The translations under genes and the position numbers were made by a program. A stretch of 62,224 nucleotides of DNA, counting the filler, from Choristocarpus tenellus KU-1152 (Eukaryota > Protista > Phaeophyceae): assembly GCA_964200185.2 (NCBI GenBank). It is 14 parts of 14 records of this genome, joined end to end, with 100 filler letters (N's around TTAATTAATTAA, not from the genome) between each part and the next. Parts side by side here need not be neighbours in the genome. Positions count along the whole stretch, not along the records: positions 1 to 3,113 come from CAXNAD020022234.1; positions 3,214 to 9,985 come from CAXNAD020007384.1; positions 10,086 to 14,816 come from CAXNAD020013300.1; 11 more parts are not named here. One strand, given 5' to 3'. The notes under the pieces were generated by a model. It did no database searches and was not told the origin of the DNA. It saw only the letters and a program-made list of their open reading frames with translations. Positions 1 to 12,304 of this stretch are shown one piece after another (position 1 is the stretch's first letter; the number at the start of each line of letters is the position of its first letter).

Positions 1-299
1 ACCAATCCGTTCTTGTCGTCCTGGGTCACCTCGATGCCCCCCCCCCTCCCCCCCCCCATCTCCTCATGTCAGGTGATGGACCCTCCACCGCGAAAGGCTG
101 GTGTATTTGTAGAAAGTGTAGATGAGCTGGTGGATAAGCTCAAGAATGAGGCTGGTGTGTTGAGATGAATCTGCAGGACTAGGTTCTGATTCAACACACT
201 CCTTTTTGTGATGTGTGTGTGTGTGTGTGTGTGTGTGTGGTATGAAAATACGATAGTGACTTGCTGATAATTTGAGTTTGTGCGTGTATAGCTGTACCT

Positions 300-2600
300 T
301 GGTGTCAACATCAAAGTACCTGTACCTCAATCTTTGACAATTGTCTTTAGTAGATGATTTTGTGTCTGACGTTTTCCCTCAAGTTAGGGAACATGTTACC
401 AGGCTTGTGGAAAGTACTTGTGATTGGTGATGTGGACAGTGTCCAATGGGAAAGGAAGTGCCAGTGCAGTTCCTTCACATCATATAATCAAAGCACGTTG
501 GTGGATATCTTCTTTTTTTTAATGAGCGGATTGTGTAAAGCATTCAGTCTGTTTTGTCATTCAATTCTTCGAACATGATAGTGCCACATGACTGGCTTTG
601 GGCAAGTGGAAGAACCAGATATACCCCAAGAAAGCTGGACTGGCAACCAGCTATTTCTCCCCCTGGACTGCATGTTCTTTCAGGCTATGAATGCTGTTTA
701 GTTTGTATTGCCCCTCTTTTCCCAGTCGGAGCATCACTATAATTTTCTTAGAGGAATGCACCACGCATGCTACACTTGTATGGTTCGTTTGAATCATTAT
801 CTTCATTTGAGAGTCTATCCAATTGATACAATTTTCACCTTACGAAAGATTTTTTTCAGGTACCGATTGAAGAGGTCAAGTCAATTATGGCGCCATTTTG
901 TGCTTCAGAACAGTTTCTGCCTGTCAGATATCAACTATATTTATGTGGAACTTTTTTTTCTGTTCTCTTTTCGTGTTTCTTTTCTGATCGAGGTTTGATA
1001 CAGAGTTTCAGTTCAGTTGTGTTCTTTTGTCGTGTAATGTGAGTCCCCCCAGACGAAATTTGCGAAGTTGATGGCAAGAAATGGGAACGCTCCGATCACA
1101 CACTGTCCAACAAAGGTACCCTTGTTGTGAAGAATGGGTGTGAGAGTATTGACAGGACTACTGTGAAAGAAGAAAAGAGATTCCTGTTTTCGGAACCAGT
1201 TGCACACGGGATGAGGGACTTCGTAAGGCATTGATGTTAGCTGAGGTGGCAGATAGTACTCACAAGCAAGGTGGAGAGGGGAACAATTGGTTTGTGTGCC
1301 TCCATGACGACCTTGAGAAGTTTGAGATCATGGTTGAGGGATGTGGCAAAAGGGCAACCAATCAATGCAATCGGTAAGGGATTATGGTTGACAGTAAAAC
1401 ATGCTTCATGGAAGAGTGCCATTCGCGGAAAATTGTGAAAGCTAATGCACGTCATGCTGAAGCAGCAGATGTGGTAACCCAAGCAGCATGTCAACTCACC
1501 AGTGTCTGCTGAATGCTGTTTTCTGATTGTCTTTTCTCTTTCGAGGTTGGTATTCTTGTAGTTTTCTTTCCCTTTCCTTTCCTCCCTTTATGTGCTATTT
1601 TGATGAGAGATATTCGGATTGGATGGACAGTTTATGACTCTGAAATTACTTCACTTTCTTTCTCCTGGACCTGGCGATGTGTGTCAATACTAGATAACAA
1701 TGTCCTATCTCAAGTAGTGTTGGATGTTGGTGCATTACACCTAGGTTCTCTTCATCACCCTTGATAGATACACAAAGTATTTTTTCTTGATCAAAAGTAT
1801 TTGTGTTTTCCCATCAATATGCATTGCCATCTTCTGGCTCCCTTCCGACCACCGTCTTTTTTTTTGCGGATCTTAGCATTATAACCCGTTCAGAAACACA
1901 TTTCTTGGGAGGAATGGAGCAAGGTTTGCGTTTTTTGTGGTCTTGTTTATTGACACACAATTGTAGGGACCCGCAAACAAAACGGTTGTCCCCAGTCAGT
2001 ATCATGGTCGATTTCACTCAATGCATCACAAAATTATGGTGAACTGTGCTACCTATTCACTTTTTCACCATGGTACGAAGAGGTATCTTCTGGGCGTACT
2101 TGCGTCCTACTTACAGCAGATGCCACACAAGGATTAAACGAGTATCACTGGGGCAGGTATGTTTGCATTGGTTCACACTTTGTATATCACCAAATGGTGT
2201 TTGTCATCAGTCTGGTACTGTTTACACCTCTCCATTGTTTCCAGTTGTGTACCAGAAAGTAGTTTGAACGCAATTATCATGACAAAAACTACATTATTGC
2301 AATCCATGTTCTGACGCTCAAGTGGTCAACGTGAGGGTGTCATTCAAGGTCCATCTGGATGCTTGGAGATAGTAACTTGGACTTCCCTTCAGCAGACTGT
2401 CTGAAACGTGGAAGATTGTTGGAGGTGTGGGATTCAAGCAAGGGATCCAAGGGACAAAGATGGGAGTGTGGCCAGTACTTCATTTGTGTTTGCTGTTATC
2501 GTAATGGCGACTCAGACTAGCATGTAGTGAAGAGGTATTTCTTTCTTTTTCCTGGGTGTCCCTGTTGCTGTTTCACCTCATGATACAAATCATCCTTTCA
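300..2600 (-). mobile_element. Heavily decayed Ty1/copia pol relic (integrase to RT)
   Basis: Broken frames give integrase-like LFHEACFTVNH (~1390-1420), KGTFVGQC (cf. KGIFVGY, ~1100-1125) and RT-like ECFTQS (~530-550), in copia domain order on the minus strand. Confidence 0.45.
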
Positions 2601-3113
2601 CGGTTTGTGAACGGAATTATGGCCATCTCAACAATTATTTGCACTACTAGTCAAACAAAAGGTGGCGTGACAATGATGCCGTTGTGTGATCCTATCACTC
2701 CTGTGTTTCACTTGCAACAACTATTATGACCTACTATCAACTCAGATGGTCAGGATGGAGTACTGTAGGGTGCAATACTGTGCGTGGGTAGCAGTCGGGG
2801 AGGAGTGTGCAGGCAAGAGGGGAAGATCTGCCAGTTTGTACCAACCTGAGCTACTGCCAACTTTACATGGCCAGGATGGGATACTACTCTAAGGAGGGTG
2901 CAATAATACTATGACTGTGCCAGAGGAGAACGAGGGGGAGTCCGCCAATTAGTACCAACCACTACTTCTACTGTGCTCCAGCAGCCGCAGGAGGGAGGAA
3001 AGAGTGGTGGGGTTAATGCGCTCATTTGGTAAACCTGTGGGGGCAAGTCACAGAGGGCACGGGGGGAGGATATGTGGTTTGTGCATGGGGAACAGGGAAG
3101 GAGAAGCTCCATC

Positions 3114-3213
3114 NNNNNNNNNNNNNNNNNNNNNNNNNNNNNNNNNNNNNNNNNNNNTTAATTAATTAANNNNNNNNNNNNNNNNNNNNNNNNNNNNNNN
3201 NNNNNNNNNNNNN
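3114..3213. other. Artificial contig-joining spacer (44N-TTAATTAATTAA-44N); first of 13
   Basis: Identical 100-bp spacers with six-frame stops at 3114, 9986, 14817, 18195, 21256, 25016, 30167, 33372, 38310, 40937, 46470, 52127 and 58298. Neighbouring segments are not physically linked. Confidence 0.98.
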
Positions 3214-3284
3214 AAAAGAGTTGTTTGACCGAAACGGACGCCCCCTCACAAACCACCCCCCCCCCCAGATACTTTGACCCTCAT

Positions 3285-4330
3285 GTTCTCAATGAGTTTC
3301 CGCATGTCACAAACATGTGGAGTGTCCAAGTGCCATGGACGACACCATATTTCGACAGATTCATATTGCGCCTTTCTGCACCAGGATTAGCCATGTCCTC
3401 TTGTCAGCACCAACTGCTCGGTTGCATCATATTTCTCCCATTTCCACTCTTTTCCGTGGACAGAGTACCACTACCAGATGCATTTTCACGAGTATCTCCC
3501 ATGCTATACTGGTTGCAGGAAAGCTGTTTCGCCTTTTCTTTGCCAAGTTAGATTTTCGAGAGAAGCTGTGAATGCATCTGTGTGCTCATCAACACCATCA
3601 TCGCTGGTGTATTTCCAATCTTCTTCACTCTGGGTCAGAGTAACAATACCTCACTTCGTTCTTTTTGTCATCACATTCTGGGTACACTGTACAACAGAAG
3701 TTCATTCTGGGACAGGTCATATTTGCATACGTGACAGCTCACCTCCACGCATGTCTAAAGATTGAAGGAAGGTGTCAACTACGTAATGGTATGCTCGATG
3801 GTGAGCACAAAAAGCAGGTTGTCGATTGTGCCAGGTTGATATCGCATGCCTCATATGGTTGAAATGCCAAAATACAGCACACCTTTTAGATATACTCAGA
3901 GGAAGTTGGATCACTATTGTTGAACAAAATATTTCTGGATGTCGACCTGGAGGTACATTTCCAGGTGTATCCATACCTAGTACACTACTTGAATTTAGCA
4001 AATAACAATTAGATATTTTGATACCTACATTTTTTCTCTACTTGTGGTTGTATTGTAAATTTATGTACCAGTAGTAGCATAATACAAATGACATCGTTTA
4101 ACACACAGTCATGGGAGGTCAATTGCTGAAAAAATGAAGTTGCCAGACAAGGCAGTGCAAGGTGGATACCTCGATATTACTAAGGTCTGGGCAACGCCAC
4201 CTTGCTGAACAATCATACACAAGCAGGCCTTGAATTGCCTGAGATCTGCAGTTCACAGGTACAAACTTCTTGTGTACAGTTTACTTTCACAGGTGAGAAG
4301 AAAATCCGTGATGATCTGGAGGAACCCCTT
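3285..4330 (+). mobile_element. Decayed Ty1/copia RT-RNase H relic
   Basis: Degenerate motifs in the expected order: FRQIHIAPF..LLSA (cf. F.ETFAPV), LYWLQE (cf. LYGLKQ), LLDILRG (cf. LRYLKG), FLDVDL (cf. YSDADW). Many stops and frameshifts. Confidence 0.5.
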
Positions 4331-6494
4331 CTAAATAACGCTCTGAAAATAAGGGGAAAACCAAACTGTAGATGATGGCCTCACCCATTATTGTATATTT
4401 TTGCTTCCTGTCTCTGCGTCCAAAACTGCTAAAGAGAAAAATACATGATTTTAAGGTCTACTCCCATTGACAAGAGTCTAAATGACTGTAGATTACGATT
4501 TCTATTACACTTATATTATTCTTCTTATTGTTGTTGTGATTCTAATTCTTATTACTATTCTCCCTCTTAATATTATTCTCCTTACTATTCTTCCTCTTAT
4601 TATTATTATTCACAATAGTCAGAGAGGTGTCAAACCTACACACTCTTAGATGAGAAGCAAGAACGCAATATGCAAGAAAAGACGCCAACGCTCTCGAGTA
4701 GTACAAAAATATAAATGTAAGGAGGAAGATAAAATTAAAACAAGAAAGAGAAAAAAACTCCATCTACGTGAGTACTGAGAGGCAGCCAAGAAATAACCAC
4801 ACACTACTAGTTTGTACTCGATATCCAGAACAGCATGTCATCACAGTCATTGCCATTGCCACATCCTACAAAATAGAAAATAAATCATTCACGACCACAA
4901 ATCTGGTCCTTCTGTCCCTTTAAATAAATAGTCCTTATGATGTATTATACCACAAAGTAGAACAGAGTGCAAGAACAATCGATCCAAGAAAAGTCTCCAA
5001 TGAGAAAAACAAGAGTTCAGCAGCCACTTTCAAGAGTACATGCGCTCTGTTATGCTTTAGTATTCTTAGGTGCTGCTTTAGCATGACTCTTATCAGCTAT
5101 CACGACCTCATGGCTTGCCACTCATCCATGAAGTTCTTCTTTCCATCACCCACCCACACGTTCCACCTGTGTCGGTTTATTGTCCTTTTATGCAACCCCT
5201 CAACTACGACCCAAAAAACATTGGTTGGGTAAAGTTCCAATGCTGGATATCTCCACTGCACTATTGTATATTGGTTAAGCTATATAATATTAGTGTCATG
5301 TGCACCCACTGACATTCTTCAGAAGGTGTCAGGCAAGATCCTGGGGTCACATTTTGACTCCCACACTCTCTTGGTGGTGGATTTTACACTTAACAAAAGA
5401 CAGCAGAGTGCTACCATTGTGCACCCTGAGGAGGAGGACATGCTACACAAAATTGAAACTGCTACTGGGTGATGTGACCCCGTAATCGCTGAACGCTAAC
5501 CGTGGGAAAAAGCTATTGAACACTATTTGCTGTCAGATTCTGTTACCACCTCTGTGCTGTTGTAGCCATATATCAAGGCCCAACTATGTATCATGACTAA
5601 ACAAATTTTCTCAATATATATATATATATATATATCATGCACTACTCTAGCCGTGTACCTTTAAGGGTGTGGGTGTAAGTCAAGGACGACGTCCACAAAG
5701 CAAACCATAAACTGTTTCCTAGATGCAACAAATATCACCAGACTTTCAACCACCACTGCTGCATCCCTGAGGTTGATTGTCGGGTACACGAACATAAAAT
5801 GTAGCTCATGGGCCAAGTTGTTGCCTTGAAAATCACAGGATGTCGCAAGTTACTTTTCGGCACCCTACAGTAGTATGGCAATCGTACAACTCCTCCTGTT
5901 TGACCTTGCGATCCCATGGTTGTTCAGTTGCAGGAAACTTGTGAAGATAGTAGTGGTAAGCTTTGGAAGAGTCTACCCATAGCAAGTGTTCACAAATGCC
6001 ACAGCACCACTAGCTACTTGGGGAACAACTAATGCTGTGAGAGTTACTCTTGTACAATGTGCACCATCTTGCATATATGTAATGAAACATGCTGCTGTGG
6101 GGCATTCCATGTGAGGTACACCAGAGCAGTACTGAAGGTAAGCTTAATACTTCTGCGAAACAACTAGCAGGTTGGGCCAGGAGTAGTTTCTTACAGAAGG
6201 GTTCAACCTTGCTTCTAGTCATAGATAGTAATACATAAATGGGGTTAAGTTCTTACAAAGGAAAAGGCATCTCTGTATTCACAAGCGGTTACCACACTTG
6301 TGCTTCTAAACAACTTTGATGCAACACATTCCAAGTTGCATCTTTGCATATATAACGCCACTTTGAACCTTGTCATTTTTCAACAACCACTATCTAAAGA
6401 CTAATCCTAACTACATACCCTCGTTGCAGCATCTTCCCCTTTAATACATCCGTCCACCCTACCCTCTAATGTCATCTTCTTCTCCTTTTCACAG

Positions 6495-9400
6495 GTGGCA
6501 TTAGTCAGAGACAACAGGGAAAGTATTAGGTTGTATCAGTCATCAGGAACTTTGTACCATAAGAGAGCGGCAATCCTGGATGAGATCCGTTATCTCAGGA
6601 GCTCCACCAAAGCAAAAGATATTGCAGACACATCTTGCACAAGCAAGATGGTAGACAGAAAGGTGGGCCACTCAGGTCGAGACTTTTTTGTTCAGATTTA
6701 GCCTTAAGACTGGTAAATTTTAAATGGACTCCTCATTGAGGGTTCAACCCTCTATGTATTTGCATTATACCAATAGATCTTGTCGATGACAAGGGGTCAG
6801 CTCCTTTATAGTTGCCTACAGCTGACAGTGTTTGAGGAGCAGCGAGTGAGTGGGAAAGGAGGAGGATGCAGTTTATGTGTATTGTCTATTAGACCTAGCT
6901 CCCAGAGTCACAGAGAAAGGAAGCTTCTGGACCAGCACTTTCTTCTGTTCTTGCAAATGGGGTTTCAGATTATAGATACGAATGGAACATGGGTAAGGTT
7001 GCTGAGGTGTACACTCTTTCACCAGGAGTTGGAAACCATCAATAGAATGTTGCAGATATCCTTGTTCCTCACTTACCAAATATCGAGACTTCTTACGTGT
7101 TCGACACCAATGGTGCTTGCTGGATGAAATATAAAACTGATAAGGACTTCTCCGTCAACAGATTTGAGGTATGCAAGTACCTAGGAATAGAATGAACACA
7201 AACAACCATTGTATTTGAAGACTTTCATGGTTGAGTATGAAATTATTGCATAGGCAGTATACCTCGCCCAGGCAGTATACTTAGTCTCTATGCTGAGTCT
7301 CTCCTCCTCTCCCACCATCCATGTCAATATTGATTCATCGAGGCTAAAACCCGAAAGCACAATCTGTGTCAAACCCACCGACCTTCCTCAGATCCCCCAA
7401 CCTTGAAACATAGGCCAACTTGATCCACATTCAAATATCTACAAGATTACAAAGTCCGGAAGCACGGACAAATGTTGAAGCAATTGCAAATTCAAAACTT
7501 GAACCCCAGACTTACATCTCAATGAAACTCAAACCATGCATCATAGAAAGGTTTCCTTCCATCTAGTATGACTGCCTCCCCAGTTGATCTTGATGGCTAA
7601 CCTACTCCTACAGATTAGGAAACTGAAGAGGCAGCGAGACGTGGCCAGCAAAAAGATATTGGATCTCGCTGTACATGCACGCCTAGTGGCTCGCACCGAA
7701 AGTCGTGTCATTTGCGCATTTGTCACCTTTGAGGAGGAAATGGGAGCCATTGATGCAATTGTGAGCGCCTCATTCCCCACTCCCTAATTCTCTAACTGCC
7801 TCCAACAATAAACAGTCTCTCTGGGGCCATCTCTTCAGCGCAAGTATGCATGAAGAACCCCACAAGCCTATCTCGCCAAGCACTAAGGGGAAACCAATAG
7901 GATGAAGATGCCGAGTTGATCCTGAGATAGGCTCAAAGTATCTGGGGGGGGGTGCCGGCTGTCCGTTTGCGACACATTTTTCTATGTCGCAATTTTGGGT
8001 GATTAGGTTGCATGTGTCGGATGGATAATGTAAGTACACTTCTCCTGGTCAGGGCTCGAATAGGCACCCTGGTGTAGACCCCCCCCCTCCCCCCGGAAAC
8101 TTTGACCCATACTCCACTGACTGTCACGTATGTCATATTGTGATTGGTAAGTACACACAGAAGTCTGTTTTGTCTCAACACAGATCCAAGCACAGTCAGA
8201 GTTCTGAAAAACGTACACAAGAAGAACACATGAGTAACTATGCAGTTGAAGCCAACCCTGCAAAGGTTGCCTCCAGTTATCTTCCACTGATTACAGAGCA
8301 CGGATGTATTGTGCTGCACCCTCGACTGGATTGTGGAATTTTTTCCCTCTAGGTCCAGTACAGCAGTAGCTGGATTGGCTGGCTGTGCATGAAAAGGGAG
8401 CTCAAGTTAAGGGGCTGGCGTCTCAAAGTTTGCAGTGCTCCCGAGCCATCTACCATATTATGGGAGAACTTTGGCTACTCAAGGTAGAAAAATGGTATCT
8501 TTAGGTAGGCTAATGCACTTCTTTTTTTTCTTAATCAATGTGTATTGCACTGCTTCAAGTTTCTTAATGAGAATTAACGTCTGTAGGAAACGGTTTCTAA
8601 TTGAGAGGGAGGGTATGATGCATAGGTATGGTGCGGCATATGATTTTAGCTTAGTTTTTGGATGTTCTGACCAGCGATATGAAGCTGTCCACAACTTCCG
8701 ACAAATGTCTCAAGTTCACAGCATTTGAGGAAAAGGTGTAGTGGTTATTAGGGAAACACCGCAGTAGCTCACAACTAACACCAATCTGCAGTCATAGTAC
8801 ATGCAGTGGCCTTTAAATGAGGTATCGATGTGCTTCCTAAACATTTCTGCCCTCGGATATCACATAAATTATGACATAATAATATTTCACACTCTTCCCT
8901 ATATATCCCAGGTCAGGAGTAAGCTCACTTCCACAAAGATATATTTCCTTGGCAAAAAAAAAGCAGATAAACAGAGATTCATTCCCACTCTACCAGTCTT
9001 TTCCCATTCGACTTCCTAGGCCTAGATTCACCTCTTCCGTGAACATACACCTTCACTCAACTACAATGTGGTACTACTATATAACATTTCGAAATCTAGA
9101 GGGGTGCCAACATCAAGAATGCAGATGTTGAAGTATGAATGCATCCTATTCCACAGTATGACATTGGTACAAGTGCTTCTTTTTGTACCGCCCTAACCCT
9201 AACCCTAACCCTTAAATCTTGGCATGACTATCTAACCCTAACACTCTCCTGGCCCTAGCAAGAATGCCACCCATGAAATAATACTTACATCATCAGTCTT
9301 TCAAACAGATCTTGCCCTACTGCCAAGTCCCAACCGTTCACCACGCCCATCCCAAATTCCATCCCACCCCCCTAGTATTGTTTATGTGATTCTTATTCTA

Positions 9401-9564
9401 GGCCAATCTTAACCCTTGCCCCAATTCACATAAACAACGAGGGATATAGGTGTGCACTGTTCATGCGGCGGAGCTTGACAGTTCTGCTTGCTGGATGCTT
9501 CCTGGGTATCTCTGTGATTGCGGCCTTCCTGTCCCTGTACCAGAACCAGCGAGCAGAGGATGAG
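6495..9564 (+). CDS. OSCA/TMEM63 (CSC1-like) mechanosensitive/osmosensitive channel, internal exons
   Basis: Exons 6495-6662, 7614-7760, 8353-8483 and 9450-9564 have AG acceptors and GT donors (the last has a probable GC donor) and splice in phase (0,0,2). The product has the family motifs CAFVTFEE and APEPSTILWENFGY, followed by the TM helix RRSLTVLLAGCFLGISVIAAFLSL. Confidence 0.85.
7930..8108 (+). mobile_element. MITE family A (~180 bp), complete intronic copy
   Basis: Termini GGCTCAAAGTATCTGGGGG ... CCCCGGAAACTTTGACCC are inverted repeats, with ATA on both flanks. Homologous copies occur at 9756, 10122, 33472, 34215, 38410 and 46280. Confidence 0.88.
9191..9242 (-). repeat. Interstitial telomere-type (TTAGGG)n repeats
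   Basis: ccctaaccctaaccctaaccc plus ctaaccctaa inside an intron. Confidence 0.6.
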
Positions 9565-9755
9565 GCATGTTGCTTTTTTCTCCTAGCAGTCCTCCTCGCC
9601 ATAGTCACTGCCAGTCCATTGCAGCGCTTCCTCTCTCAGTCCTTGCTTCCTGCCTATTTTGTTACACTCATGCCCCCTCACCCCTCCATCATATCATTTG
9701 CTCCTACACACTCCCAAGAAGCTGGGTAGTGGACTGAGGAGGTGATTGATGCCCT

Positions 9756-9922
9756 GGCTCAAAAAGTATCTGGGGGGGGTGGCGGCTGTCTATTTGGGGT
9801 GAATTTTTTCATGTCGCGATTTTTGGGCAGTTTGGTTGCATATGTCGGATGGATAATGTAAATCCACTTTTCCTGATTTTGACCCAAATGGGCAACCTGG
9901 TGTAGACCCCCCCCCCGCTCCG
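9756..9922 (+). mobile_element. MITE family A copy, 3' end lost at contig edge
   Basis: Starts GGCTCAAAAAGTATCTGGGGG; body matches 7930-8108. Confidence 0.85.
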
Positions 9923-10121
9923 GTTTTTTTTTTCCCCTTTTTTTTCGTGTATTAGATTGGTTTTATTTAAGTCCCCCCACCTTTTNNNNNNNNNNNNNNN
10001 NNNNNNNNNNNNNNNNNNNNNNNNNNNNNTTAATTAATTAANNNNNNNNNNNNNNNNNNNNNNNNNNNNNNNNNNNNNNNNNNNNACAACAAAATAGCAC
10101 GAGAAGAGCAGCTGGCAAAAC

Positions 10122-10564
10122 GACCCAAAGTATCTGGGAGGGGGGGGGGGATCTACAGCACGGTGTCCATTTGGGTCAAAATCAGGAAAAGTGCATTTAC
10201 AATAACCATCCGACGTATGTAATCAAATCACCCAAAAATCGTGACATGAAAAAATCGACGAGTGAAAGTATCTTAGAGGGTACGAGTTTTTCCTTGTTTG
10301 ATCATTTGAGGGTTGGCTTCCCAACGGGTTTTTAATGACATTTTACCTACTCGAAAATGTTTCAGAGTAGGTAAAATGTATACGTTATAAAAGGTATGTC
10401 TAGAACAAGGGTATTGACATCTCGTAGTAAACAAGATAGACAAAATTACATGAAAAGTGCAACATTGGATTTTGGTCCCCATATGGACGCGGCTCTACCC
10501 TCTAAGATACTTTGACTCTGACCCCAAATGGACAGTCGCCACCCCCTCACAGATACTTTGAGCC
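10122..10564 (-). mobile_element. MITE family A copy interrupted by a family B MITE
   Basis: A halves at 10122-10259 and 10519-10564, ending AGATACTTTGAGCC. AAC on both flanks. Confidence 0.85.
10260..10518 (+). mobile_element. MITE family B (~260 bp), nested in family A
   Basis: TIRs GAGTGAAAGTATCTTAGAGGGTA ... TACCCTCTAAGATACTTTGACTC. Flanks cgac/tgac (4-bp TSD with one CpG transition). Confidence 0.9.
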
Positions 10565-10743
10565 AACTGTGTTGTAACCTAGTCTCGAAACAAAACATAT
10601 TTTTTTTTGCACGTATCACCCCTTTTTATATTTATACTTCCATATACATTCATCAGAGCATGTGCCTGCATATATATCTTACTTCTCCACTTCGTTTCTT
10701 TCGCCACCGTCTCAAAATTAACTTGATTGCATTTCACCTTCAG

Positions 10744-11948
10744 GTTCTCACGTGGTATCAAAGGGAAGAATATATTTACAAGAACACAGCTGGGTGAAGA
10801 GCTGCAGGCCTCTTACACGGAGGTTCCAGTCTACTGCAAGACCCTACGGAACGAGGGTAATTTCAAGACTCCTTCGCAGTCGCGTCAACCGTGTTCCCAA
10901 CATCACGAGCTACAGGACTTTTCACGTTGAAAAAGGCGATGATGGGCGGGTTAAGGTTAGCATAAAGCAATGCATGCACAGCACCGCATGGAGTGGGATA
11001 GGCACCAGCGTTGCTATCAACCCCAACGCCCCTCTGCACGACCTCTTCATCGGCCACCCGCCTCATCTCCAAGATGCACCATCCTACCAGCTCAAGAGCG
11101 TTCCCGAAGATGTCATCCAGAAGGTGGAGCAGCGGTACCAGGCGTCGCGCGAGCGCCTCCCTGCTGCGTACCCATTGGGTAAGTCGAACATTTTGTGAGG
11201 GGAGTTGATGGCCAATTTTTGTATTCGGTGGAAGCCAAATAGAACTGGTGCAACTTCTGTATGAGGCAGCCTTTACAGCTTTCACAAAAACAATCTTGAA
11301 AAATATTCCATTCTCATGCGTAGTGATCGTCGCGTGTCACAATAAACAAGTACTATAGATTACCCCCGATAAATGTTTTGAGGGTACCGGTCTTGTACTC
11401 AACAGCGACGAATCCGACGAAATTATCACCCTACCTTTCACTACATGCTCCCCGAGCGCATTCATGCAACCTCCCGGATGGTTACCAAGTCAAATTCATA
11501 ATTCCATACCGTCGATGTTCTCGTGCTCATGGATTCCACCTTCGCAGACGATGAAGCCGTTCAGAGAGCGAAACACGAGCAAAGCGAGTCTATGTGGCTT
11601 CTCAAAAAGACAGGGGAACGAGAGTTCGACCTCCCAGTCCATTGGCTTCCGAGTGAAAGTATCTTAGAGGGTACGATTCTTGATCTTTTTGTCCATTTGG
11701 GGCTTGACTTCTCACGGGTTTATAATGGCATTTTACCTACTCCAAAACCTTTTGGAGTAGGTAAAATGTGTACGTTATGAAAAGGAGTATCCAGAACAAG
11801 GATATTGACATCTCCTAACCAACATGATAGCCAAAATAACATCAAATTTGCAACATTAGATTTTGACCCCCAAATGGACGCGGCTTTACCCTCTAAGATA
11901 ATTTGACTCTTACTGGAACAGTGATTCCTCGACCAGCAGTACTCTGAA
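10744..11948 (+). pseudogene. Second, disrupted copy of the intron-containing Sola1/DUF7869-like transposase (C-terminal exons)
   Basis: Exon 10744-11178 is near-identical to 14917-15198(-) but has a 2-bp deletion near 10868. The preceding intron (~10590-10743) is also homologous. The next exon, from 11548, is in phase and split by MITE B at 11651-11909; removing the MITE and one TSD restores WLPGTVIPRPAVL*. Confidence 0.8.
11651..11909 (+). mobile_element. MITE family B inserted in a transposase exon
   Basis: Same TIRs as 10260-10518. Flanks ttcc/ttac. Confidence 0.9.
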
Positions 11949-12045
11949 AGACAAAAGATTACTATAATGTGTACTCCTGGTTTTCAGCAATTATTTGTTT
12001 AAAAGAGCGTGCCCAATACAAGGTTTAGACTACTAAAATATAAAA

Positions 12046-12304
12046 GAGTGAAAGTATCTTAGAGGGTATGAATTTTTCCTTGTTTGTCCATTTGGGGCTT
12101 GGCTTCCCACGGGATTTTTTTATGACATTTTCCTACACCGAAAATTTGGGAGTTGATAAAATGTATACATTATGAAAACGTATGTTCGGAACAAGGATAT
12201 TGGGACTTCCTAACAATAAAAATAGCCAAATATTCATCAAAATCACCGCACTGGATTTTGGCCCCCAAATGGACGCGGCTCTACCCTCTAAGATACTTTG
12301 ACTC
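12046..12304 (+). mobile_element. MITE family B
   Basis: Same TIRs. Flanks aaaa/aaac. Confidence 0.9.

Noticed and set aside
7930-8108. MITE A or B as intron-generating elements (introners)
   Set aside because: Copies lie inside larger introns or other TEs, and their ends do not coincide with splice sites. The one exonic insertion (11651) is in an already frameshifted copy.
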